DNA of 61,511 bases, counting the filler. It is 15 parts of 15 records of this genome, joined end to end, with 100 filler letters (N's around TTAATTAATTAA, not from the genome) between each part and the next. Parts side by side here need not be neighbours in the genome. Positions count along the whole stretch, not along the records: positions 44,255 to 49,315 come from SRR7504441_27199; positions 49,416 to 53,498 come from SRR7504441_27200; positions 53,599 to 57,729 come from SRR7504441_27207; 12 more parts are not named here. One strand, 5' to 3'. A program made the position numbers and the translations under genes. Position 1 is the stretch's first letter; every line of letters begins with the position of its first letter. Positions 44,255 through 54,648 of the stretch are shown piece after piece. The notes below the pieces were generated by a model. That model saw nothing but the letters and a program-made list of their open reading frames with translations. It had not been told where the DNA came from and made no database searches.

Positions 44255-45297
44255 ATTCGGCTGGGGACGGCAGCTTCTTGGAGTGGGCGTTCGAGGTTGC
44301 TGCCACTGCAGATTTAGGCGCACTTAATGGTTGACGGCAGGTGTTTGAAGCCGGGCAGTCCGCTGACCGAGCGCCGCCGTTGGTGCACTCGGTCAGTTGG
44401 GGGCCTGCCGAGGAGTACGCCTCGGCTGGTATCGCTGCCAACTGCACTACGCCCACAGGAGCACCGTTTATATACCAACAGCGAGTCGATACAGAGCTCA
44501 TCAAGTTTGGGTTGCGTGGCTGGACAGTTGTATTTGCCGATGGCGACGCCGGAGTCAGCTGCAATCCAATTTATGGCTCGTGTCGGTTTGCGTCGCCAGT
44601 GTGGCCCGCTGCATCGCCGTTTGGGCTTGCAGTTGGGGGTACGATTATTCGCCGGGAGTCATCTGGAGCTTTAGGCGAGGCGGCGCTCGACGTGCTGATG
44701 GGCGCGTCGATTACAACGGGCGGTGGCTTTTCTTATTTTGCGCCGAGCCTGCCACACCAGGGCGAGGCTGTGGCAAACTTCTTGAGACAGCGCGAGCACC
44801 CGCTGCCTCCTCAGAGCTTCTTTGAGTATCCACCCGACTTGCAACCAGGTAATCCAGAGCGAAGAACGCCCGTGTACTCAAACAGGGCGCTGCCTGACGT
44901 TGCAGCACTTGCCGAGGCCCTGTACATGGTCCGTAATGGCTCCGACACTCAGTCAGCCACTGGGGTCTCATTTGCTACTCCCATCTGGGCAGGGGTGATT
45001 TCACTGCTCAACAATGCAAGGTTGAATGCGAATCTGCCTCCCATGGGTCCGGTGGCACCGTTTCTGTACTGGGCAGCTCGAATGAACAGTTCAGCGTTTC
45101 AAGATGTAAAAGACGGTGGAAACAGATGCTTCGAGACCCCTGATTGGACTGCAAATAGTAGCCTGACTGACACTTGCTGTGCCCACGGATTCTTCGCTTG
45201 TAGCGGGTACGATGTGGTGACTGGACTTGGCACCCCCAATGTGAAGGTGCTGATTGAGTTGGCCATCCTAGCAGGGAATAATCGTGCTGGCAAATAG
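44255..45297 (+). CDS. Sedolisin/tripeptidyl-peptidase I family (S53) peptidase, 5' truncated
   Basis: PLVHSVSWG, KFGLRGWTVVFADGDAG, PAASPF..AVGGT, TGGGFS, RALPDVAA, TGVSFATPIWAGVISLLN (catalytic Ser), GYDVVTGLGTPN. Confidence 0.92.
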
Positions 45298-45379
45298 TCA
45301 AATGAATCCGAACTTAGTTTAGGCTATGGTCTCATTAATTTCAAATGATTACTACCGTGCGTAGTTGAGTCGCGGTCGT

Positions 45380-46859
45380 TTACCACATATCTATTAGCTT
45401 GGGCAGCTTGCCAGTTTCCACCGGTTTGGCAGTTAACGCGAGACCTTTCCACCGCTCGTCGCTCCATCCATACCTAGCGCACCACCGGCTTACTAAACAG
45501 TTCAAGCGCCACTGGTCACGCACCTGCCAGAGCCCGGCCGCGGTTCTGGGTGCACCTCCCGGTTCACGGCCTCCTCCAGCAGCTGCCCAGCCGTCTTCCT
45601 CCGAGCCACGACAGGCGGCTCGGCGCACTCCTTCTCGAGCGCTTGGACCCACCCGGCCGACTGCCTTGCACACCACTCCATCAGGCATGCCACCGCTCCC
45701 TGCCGCCAGCTCTACCCCGCCCAGCAGCCGAGGTTGCCTGCTCAAATTGTTGCTGAGAAACCCAGTCTAGCACAGCGGTCTGGCTCGGGTATTGGACTCC
45801 GCGCTCCAGAGGCACCGGCACCACCTGCAGCCAATCACTGTGCACCCGCCGGCCTCCTACCCCGGCCGGAGCGGTCACTTCTAGCGAGTCGCCCTCCTTC
45901 CATGGGGCGTTTTTGTTGCCTGAGCCCTTGGCCGGCTTCGCTCTTGCCATCAATATCTGCCCACGATCGGCCGCACGCTCGAACACGCGCACACCGGTTG
46001 ATCCGAGTGCGATCCGCACCGGCAGGCTACCCCCCTGCCGCACCGAATGCAGTCCAGTCGCGGCGGCTCCGGCTCTTTCGCGGGCATTGCCTACCTTCCC
46101 GTCTGCAGGGCCTTGGCTGGGTCTCACCGCCCTGAGCTCAGCCAGTTTGCCGCTCGCTGTCTCCTTCTCTGAATCGTGCATCGCCTGCTCCGCCACGCTC
46201 CGCTCGTGGGCGGGCATGGCCAGCAGAGTCTCAGCTCGGTCCTCTGCTGTCATCTCGAGCAGTGCGGTGCCTTGCTCGCCAGCATCCATTGCCGCCAGCG
46301 CCCCCGCCCGCCCCTCGCCCGTCAGCCCCGCCAGGCTCTCCGTGCGCCGCTCGTCCGAGGCCCGGCGGGGCGCCGCTATCGCCTCGATCAGCAGGCTGAG
46401 CTCGCCTCCCGAAAGGTGCCCGTCCCGGTCCTCGTCCCAGGACTGCCATGCCGCCCGCAGCCGCTCCGCCGGCACCCCACCGCCGCCGGCCAGCATCACC
46501 ACCGCCACCCGCGCCGCTCGGGCGTGCACCTCGCCCCGCACCGGCCGCAGCAGCCGCCAGAGCCCCTCGAGCGCCGCTGGCTCCGGCGCCACCCGGCTGC
46601 CCACCCGCCCCAGCGCCTTGCCCAGCTGCTCATGGGTGAGCCGGCCGTCTCTGCCAGTGATCGAGCGGCCTGGCATGGCCCGCAGCCCAGCCTCCGACGG
46701 CCATCGCCGGTGGGCCTGGGCGGCGGGCACATCGTGCAACCCGAGCGCCAGCAGACCGGCCGAGTTGGAGCGGATGGCCGGCGGCGGACGGGCGGTGGAT
46801 GGACGGGGCGGGGGCTGCAGCTTGGCCGGGCCGGACATGGCGCTAGAGGTGGCGCCCAT
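45380..46859 (-). CDS. NCS/calcineurin-B-like EF-hand protein with probable N-myristoylation site, multi-exon
   Basis: MGATSS at 46859 fits MGxxxS (alternative ATG at 46919). ERLRAAWQSWDEDRDGHLSGGEL EF-hand, short L..M..E.R helical repeats. GC-AG intron 45700-45737 and a 32-nt GT-AG intron extend it to ..KLIDMW*. Confidence 0.6.
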
Positions 46860-46958
46860 CGAGCCGACAGGTGCCCACTGCGCCTTGGTCCACGGCCAGC
46901 TATAGCTCGGTGCAGACATTTGCGTCTATATTTAGAAGGTCATCAACCTCGAGATCCG

Positions 46959-47890
46959 ATGTCCGATGGACCGCCTCCGCTGGAGGATATGTCCGAGAGC
47001 CTGTCGGCGGCGCGGCGGCAGCGGGAGCAGACAGAGCTGGAGCACGACCGCCACCTGGCCTACGTCAAGATGATGAAAGAGGCCCACGCCGAGCCCCCAA
47101 AGGGTGCCCCGCCCACCCGCGACCGTCAAGCCGCCGGGTGCAGGCACCGCCGAGGGGGCGCAGCTGCTGAGCTGCGCCAACAACGCCAAGACCCGGGCGG
47201 CGGAGGGCGCGGAGATCCGGGCCAACGGCACGTGCGGGATGAAGAAAGGTGGACCGGCCGGCGGCGGCGAGCTGAGACCCCGGGGGCAGGTTTCCTGGAT
47301 GCACCCAAGAAGCGCACGAACAAAAGCCGGGCCAAGGACGAGATGGAGGCGGGCTGTGGGCCGGGCCGGCCTGAGCTGGAGGCAGGTGATCCGGCCCAAG
47401 GAGAAGCCCAAGCCCAAGGGAAAGCTTGATGACCTGCAGATGCCCTCGATCGGTTGGCGGCCTGCAGCGCCCGCCCGGCCAGCCGCGGGCAGATGTGTCG
47501 CAGAACCAGGTGGGGGACGTGCTCCGGATGGGCCAGTGCTCGCCGGACGGTGCGGCCCACCGGCTGGGCGGCCTGAGCGACGGACAGAATGGATGACTCC
47601 CGACTTGCTGCAAGCGATCATGAGGGAACCAGACTTGCTCGTGGCGATGCAGGCAGCCGGCACCAACAGTTTGGGCGGGAACAGGGTGGGCAGGACCCGA
47701 GGATGCAGGCTATGATCGAGGAGGTGGGCAAGGACCCGACTGCGATCGAGAAGTATAAGGATAATAAGAAGCTGATGAAGTTTTACGAGACTTGTGAGCC
47801 GCCGCTTCGAGCCCGGCGGCGAGCGGCTGGGGGTGTGCAGATATCCGGCTGGCCTCTAGCTTTGTGCAGAAGAAGAGCGGGAATAGATGA
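46959..47890 (+). CDS. STI1 (DP-repeat) domain protein, 7 introns
   Basis: MSDGPPPLEDM.. N-terminus, GMKKG|FL, EWMTPDLLQAIMREPDLLVAMQ|DPRMQAMIEEVGKDPTAIEKYKDNKKLMKF. GC-AG introns at 47349-47385 and 47653-47693. Confidence 0.78.
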
Positions 47891-48194
47891 GCTCACGTGT
47901 GGTTTTGAGCGGCCCGATGCACACTCATTCAGAGGCCCCTGAAACCGAGTGTGGATAACAACACTACATGTAAGTACGACGATGATACTCGTGTGCAACA
48001 AATATACTAATAGTGCCAGCTTGTTTTGAGGCCACTCGTGCTCTCGAGAGCACGCGCGTTGGGGTATGCAAGCGCATCCCAAATGCAATAAATCACATGG
48101 CACCGTCGGTAACTTCAATCATTTTTACGTTGCAGCAGGTGGCGTTTGGCGAGTGCGCGATCTGCAGTGCCCGAGTAGTAGCCGGTGAGCGTAA

Positions 48195-49031
48195 ATGGTG
48201 GCTGGCTTACTCCCCGAGGAGCCGACGGACCAGTGCTCGGCCCGGGTGCACTGGCTGCCAGCCGCTGTCACCACCGCCGGGATCCTCAGCTTCACGCTGA
48301 CCTTCCCTATTTACTTTAGTCTGAGCGACACAAAGCCCGATCAATACTTCCCATACGGCTGGCGCCCCAGCTCGCACAGCTTTGTGCTGCCCACAATCTC
48401 GCGGACCGGCGGGGAGCCGCCGACCAGCCCGATCTTCACCGCAGGGCTTCACCTTATGAGCTTCCTCTACCTGCTCATGGTAGTCTGTGTGCACACGGCC
48501 CTGGCCGCCCAGCTGCGACGGCCGCACCCCAAGGCGTTCGGGCTGGAGCCAGGCACGCTCAACCAGTGCAGCTTGGCGGTGGGGCTCCTGTGCGTGGCGA
48601 GCATGTTCATGACCGGCACCGTCTACCTGGGGCTGCTCCCCTGGCTGCACGGCGTCTGCGCGTCATGCTTGTTCCTATCGGCCAACCTTTACGCGCTAGT
48701 GCTCACCGTGGGGGTGCTCAAGCCGCTCGCCGGGAGCACGTTTGACCCGGCGCAGTTGTGGTGGTTCTGGCACCAAGTGGCCTGGGTGGTGGCCGGCTGG
48801 GCGTTGGTGCTCTCATACACTGTTGTGTTGTCGCTGATACAGCAGCACGAGGAGTGCACCGGCCAGACCTGGTGCGCGGTGCGCAACTGGAAGAGCCTGA
48901 ACGAATACTTGCTCACCGCGGCCATCGTGGGTTACACGCTAGGGCTAACGCACTGGCTCAGGCCGGTCCGGTGGCGCATAATCGTGATCGACGAGGACAG
49001 TGACAGCGAGAGGCGGCTCACTCCACACTGA
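48195..49031 (+). CDS. Frag1/DRAM/Sfk1 family membrane protein
   Basis: About six TM helices; LPTISRTGGEPPTSPIF motif, LHGVCA, NEYLL. Confidence 0.72.
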   Translation: MVAGLLPEEPTDQCSARVHWLPAAVTTAGILSFTLTFPIYFSLSDTKPDQYFPYGWRPSSHSFVLPTISRTGGEPPTSPIFTAGLHLMSFLYLLMVVCVHTALAAQLRRPHPKAFGLEPGTLNQCSLAVGLLCVASMFMTGTVYLGLLPWLHGVCASCLFLSANLYALVLTVGVLKPLAGSTFDPAQLWWFWHQVAWVVAGWALVLSYTVVLSLIQQHEECTGQTWCAVRNWKSLNEYLLTAAIVGYTLGLTHWLRPVRWRIIVIDEDSDSERRLTPH

Positions 49032-50413
49032 GTTGCGCACACTATGTGCACCAAGGAGTAGCAATACTCTTACATGGCTGCCTAATAAACGCGCGCGCCA
49101 CTTTTTATCATGCTTTTTATAAGCTATCCTTGAGGGGCACTCAAGCGCCTCAGGCACTTCTCATCACACTTCTCATCATCACGGCTGGTTTTCCCGCAGG
49201 CTTTATCGGGCACTGTCAGGGGGGCAGGGGGCGGGCCGATGCCGCGGCCGCTCACGCCGGTCGACCGGCGCTGCACCACCCCCGACAACTTCGAGGGGCA
49301 CTCGCTGGCGCCGGGNNNNNNNNNNNNNNNNNNNNNNNNNNNNNNNNNNNNNNNNNNNNTTAATTAATTAANNNNNNNNNNNNNNNNNNNNNNNNNNNNN
49401 NNNNNNNNNNNNNNNCAGGTGAGGGAGGTGACCATGGAATGAACCCCCTGGCCATTTTCGCACCGAAGCAGGCCGGAATTCCAACCTCGAAGGGGTCCAA
49501 AGGTGGAATTCCGCTCAGTCAACGCAACGGTCCTGCACTTAGGCGGTCAAGGTCAGCAGATAGCTGACTTGATTATTGACGCCACGAGCAGCACAACCCG
49601 CCGCGACATGTCCATAGCGGGCTCATGGCAGTCCCTCGTGGTCACCGCCGTCGCTCTTCTCTTGGCAGCGGCCGGAGTGGCCCTGGGTCATGTATGATCG
49701 CGCCATCCGCGGATCCGGCTCGCCCGGGTCCAGCTCGCCCGGATTGGCAACGTTTCTGGGAAGATGGCGTGGCAGGGCGGCCAGCACTCCCGCCGAAGCC
49801 GGGCCTGGTCGCCCCGGGTCGCCGATCGCCCTGGCGGACCGGGCGGAGACCCGCAGGACAAGTCGGCGCCGAGTGCGCCGTGCAGTGCAGCTCGGCGGGA
49901 TGCCTCGGTCCAAGAAGGAGATCCCCGGCCAACTCGCCGGCCCCTGGTGTGATCGATCTCGAGCCACGTCGGCAAGGTCGGCTAGGACGAAAGGCGCGGG
50001 CCCTGATGTGAAGGAACGGGAATACTTCGGGCGAAAGTACATGTATTCAGGCCCAGGATCTGGAGGGAACGTGGAAAAGGAGGCGATGGCGAGGGCTTCG
50101 TCGATGACGTCAACGCTTCTGCGCAAGCCATGCCCTGCTCCCTGCCTTCCGAGCTCGAGGCGGCGTAGGAAACGTTGAACGTGGCGAATCTGGCGATCGG
50201 TGCTTCTACTCGACGCTGATTGAATGCAATTAATTTTCAAAGTCTTACGAGTATTCGAGTAATAAGAGAGTTCATAGATGAACAAAAGAAACGAGCTACG
50301 CATGCATATAGTGTAGCACCACTGATTGACTCGCGTGCTACTCGTGTGCATGATAGTTGGTTTGATGTGCTAGTTATCTTATATTGATCTAGTATATATC
50401 TGCCATAAATCTG

Positions 50414-52749
50414 CTAGACGAATCTTTTGAGGAAGTCAAAAGTCTTGCTTGCAGCTAGCAGCTGGTGCTCAAACAATTGAAACCCGTGCCGCTCGTCCGG
50501 AATTACCACAGTTTCAATGTGGACTTTATCGCCGTGTAGCCGTCGAAGCTGCCGAACCAGTCCAACTGATTCCTGAAAGTCCACATTGGCGTCAGCATCG
50601 CCATGCAGCACCAGCACGGGCGAGGTAAAGTTGGCGAGATGGCCAGCAGGCGAGCTGTCCCAGGCCAGAGCAATGTTCCGTTGCACCTGGTCCAGCCAAG
50701 ATGGCGACAGCAGGTCGGGCGACGGGCCGACTGGCAGGTTGCGGAAGCCCGCGTTGGTGGCCGGCTGGAACTGGAAGGGGGTCGGGCCAAAGTAGCCCTG
50801 TGTGCTCACCCAATTGAACACAGGAGCGTTGCACGCCCCAGCCGAGAAAAGCGGCGAATCGCGGGCCAGGGCCTGAAGGCAGTTGAGGCCACCGTAGCTC
50901 AGTCCGTGAATTCCGACGCGCCGGTTGTCGATTACACTCTGCGACCCAAGCCAGATCCGACCGGCCTTGACGTCGTCGTATTCGGCGGCGCCTCGCCAGC
51001 CACAGCCTTTGGAGCCTCCCTCGCAGTTCTTGAATGCCCTGCCGTACCCGACACCGGAGCGGTAGTTTATGGAGAGGACCGCATAGCCTTCTGAAGCAAG
51101 GTACTGCACACACAGCGAGCTCAGAGCCAGGCTGGCAAAGCAGGCGCCTGGTTGAGGGCATACAGCCCGGCGTAATCGGAGCAATAGTGGAAGGCCGCGT
51201 ACATCTGGCGCTCGGATCCTCCATGAGTGAATATCACAGCTGGAAGGCTGCTTGCTGTGCGATTGAGCCCAACTCGCTTGGGCATGAAGAGCTGCGCGTG
51301 TATGCTGAACAAGCCATCGGTCGAGGGGAATTCGACCAGCTCCGGGACAACGAAGTCGGAGGGATCGAACGGGCTGTTGGGCCCGATCTGGTCCGACGCT
51401 AGACTGACCTGCTGCTTGGCACCTGTGCTTGAGGAGAAGATCACAGAGGCAGGCATATCATATGACGTCTGGAGGTAGAGCAAGCCATCCGGAGTCGCGG
51501 CCATCCCAGCACCGTCCTCGGCCAAGCCTGCTACGTGATGCGCGTCTGCAGTCATCACCGAGCTGCGCTTTCGTGGATCTGACACCGAAATTGAAGCGAT
51601 CCCGTTCGAGTCTACCAGATCACAGTTGTGACTCACGAAGAGCGAATCTCCGTGCAGGGCCCAGTCCTGATTCACACACGGTTGCGGCGTCAGGTCTCTG
51701 AACGAGTCCGTCTTATTGCTCACGTCGCCTTGCACCGAAGCGGCGATCACGTGCACCCAGCCGGAAGCTTCGCTTGCGAACAGCAGCTCCTTGCCGTCCT
51801 GTGTAAACGACATCGGTTTGAGCCCAAAGCCTGCCAACGGATAGCCGAACTTCCAGTCTCGGTACACTTCCCTCGCCTGCCCGGCTAGGTCGCTCACCAT
51901 CACGCTGTAAGCAGGGCCGTTGTTCCCGCCTCTGTCGCTTGCAAACCCCTGGCCGCCGTGCGTGCCCCTTGCATCCGTCGTGTCGTGAATCCGCACAAAG
52001 CCGATCTTGGACGAGCCCCACCACACCGGGGCCGTGTCCATGCTCATCGAGGGCGCAATCCACTCGAGCTTGTGGCTGCCTCGCGTGTAAAGTCCCACGA
52101 ACCCGTGGTCTCCTCGGTTGTTGCTGAACACGAGCCGCTGCCCGTCTCTGCTCCAGCTGAGTCCGTCCAACGCGCCGTGCTTCACGCTGAACAGCTGCAA
52201 GCTACTCCCGAGCCGAGGGTCCCACTCCACCACCCCGGCCCCTCCTGGCCCGGCCGCCAGGTTCTCCACCGCAGGGGCGCCCGCGACGTACAGCCGGTCA
52301 CGCCCGTCCTGCGGGTGCGCCGCAACGGCCCGCAGGCTGCCGGGGCAGATCAGCCGGGCGGCGGCCGGGCCTGAGGCCAGTTCGACGGCATAGACCGAAG
52401 CGGTGGCCGGGTGAGTGCTGTGGGTCGGATTGGCCAGGTTGGAGGGCAGCCGGGTGAAGTAGGCGGTGGAGCAGTCGGCCGAGAGCGCCAGATCCTCGAT
52501 CACCATCCCGTCGTCCCCGGCGAACTCAGTGGCCTGGAAGCTGGGGCCGAACCGCTGGCTGGGCCGGGGCTGGACCGCCAGGTGGAGGTTGGTGGCACCG
52601 CGGGTGGTCTGGATCCAGCCGGCGAGCGTGCCGGACTGGTTGGTGCAGGAGAGCAGCTGGGCCCGGTTGGGGAAGCTCAGGAACCGCTCCAGGTCCGCCC
52701 GGGCGCCCACACAGCACAGCAACACCGCCGCAGCGATCCGGCCGAGCAT
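50414..52749 (-). CDS. Secreted S9-family serine peptidase (beta-propeller + alpha/beta hydrolase)
   Basis: Signal peptide, propeller repeats (LSWSRDG, SFTQDG), HGGSERQM..YALNQ|YLASEGYAVLSINYRSGVGYG, GLSYGG, HGDADANV, DERHGF. One GC-AG intron at 51104-51147. Confidence 0.93.
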
Positions 52750-52834
52750 CTGTCTCTCAGGCGGGATAGATCTAACTGACAGTCAAACTGACAGACCGAC
52801 TGAGCTGCCGGGCCCGCGAGCTCCGATTACTAAG

Positions 52835-53498
52835 ATGGCTTCTAGCAAGGTGGCCTGCCGCCAAAGCCCCAGGGCGGCTGACAGCCGCTCGTTTGGGGCA
52901 GGTTGTCTTCGTCGGCGAGGATGCGTGCCAGGGTGCGCTGCCCGCGGCGGTGGGCTGGGCTTGACGGTTGCGGGCCAGAACTTTTGATGCAGGCTGTATG
53001 CGGTGGCGATTATTGCGGCGATAATTTCTTCGCGGAGTGGGATGTCGATGATTGCGACCTACAGGTAGAGATCTGGAAATGCCCCTCCCCGGACTTCACC
53101 ACTGGCACTCCCGGGATGCGGAGCATGTGTTACCCGGGCACCGACATCTTCGTCATTTGCTTCGATATGACAAAGAAGGAATCGCTCGAACACGTGATCG
53201 GAGCAAGCCTGGCGGACGCGGGCGGCCTCACCTTCACGGACTTCAGATCTGACGACGAATTCGACCCTAAGGATGATCCGCTCTGCTGGATAAAGGAGCT
53301 TTGCCGGGGATGCGAGAGCGATTTTCATGTGATTCTGGCCGGAACCAAGTACGATCTTTGGGAGGAGGGCTCGGGAGACTGTGTCGCCTGGGAAGATGTA
53401 TGCAAGGCACGCTCGGCTGGTAGAGGCTGCACTGATGGTCGGCCAGGTGGCCAAGGCTATCGGGGCGTGTGTTCCCATCTGCACCTCCACAGAGACAG
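52835..53498 (+). CDS. Divergent Rho-family GTPase-like protein, 3' truncated
   Basis: Spliced: MASSK|VVFVGEDACQ|ELLMQ..DNF..VEIW..MRSMCYPGTDIFVICFD..SLEHV..WIKEL..ILAGTKYDL..K|VAKAIGA. Introns at 52850-52901, 52933-52978, 53407-53446(GC). Confidence 0.75.
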
Positions 53499-53850
53499 NN
53501 NNNNNNNNNNNNNNNNNNNNNNNNNNNNNNNNNNNNNNNNNNTTAATTAATTAANNNNNNNNNNNNNNNNNNNNNNNNNNNNNNNNNNNNNNNNNNNNTG
53601 GTTGGTGTACCTCATTACCGTATTTGATTCGTATTTTGCAGCGTTTGCAACCCTAGCCGGCTGCAGCGAGCTAAAAACTAGCCACAACAATTTTAGCTCA
53701 AGTTGAATAACACTGATTCAATGGAGCATGCCTTGTCAGTACCCGTGTACTCGTCCGGTGGTCTAAACTCGTTCGCGGTATCAATGCGGCCGATCATGAT
53801 CCATAAACACAGCACACGAGACAAATATATGAGTCGTTAAATCGTTCTAT

Positions 53851-54568
53851 TCACCAACCACCCCAGCCTCTGTAACCATTTTGTGGCCCATTCCAGCCAC
53901 CACCCCGTGAATCCCCCCTACACACATGGGACCTCTAAGCCACTCAAGCTAAGTTTGCAACGCACCAGTTGCCAGGGCCACCCCAGCTGCCCCCTCCTCT
54001 ACCCCAATCGCCACCGCCTTTTCCTGCTGCCACATCAGCCCGGCTCCGGATCCCACGGCCACCTTTCCAGCCACCGCCGTATGGGTGAGCTGCTTGGGAA
54101 ACGTTGGCCCGGCGCTGCTGCTGCGCTGGTTGGCGCATTGGACCCCCAGAGACGGTGGCTGGCTGGTTTGCGGCCCGGCCTGGCTTGGTGAAGCTGGTCT
54201 CTAAACTCTTGCCGTCGAGGTCTCTGCCGTCCAGCAGCGTGCGAGCCTTTGCGGCAGCTGCTCCCGATTCGAACTCGACCGAACAGACGCTGCGTCCTGG
54301 CATCAGCCGCAAGCGGGCCGGAGAGCAGTACCCGGTCGACTTGCCGTTGCGCGGGGTCGAGAACACCTCCAGCTCCTTCACCTTGCCGCTCTCGGCGCAC
54401 AGCTTTTCAATATCAGCATCGGTCGTCCACTGCAGCCGCACAGGATCAATCAGCACTGCTGCCGGCGCCGCTGCGCACCCATTGGAGGTTGGTGATGTAG
54501 ATCACTGAACTGAGCACGCCGCCTTCACCGGCGACCTCACCCAGCGTGGCAAACTTGCCAGCGGCCAT
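53851..54568 (-). CDS. CFIm68/CPSF6-like RRM protein with Gly/Trp-rich tail
   Basis: IYITNLQW|WTTDADIE..LEVFSTPRNGKSTG|VCSVEF matches the CPSF6/7 RRM signature (NLxWWTTD..NGxSKG). Ends ..GYRGWGGW* after splicing. Confidence 0.75.
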
Positions 54569-54648
54569 CGACCGGGTACGCTCACGAGCTCGCCCGCAAC
54601 GGACTTCGCGATTCGGCACGAGCGCGTCGACAAGAACCGAGAACATAC

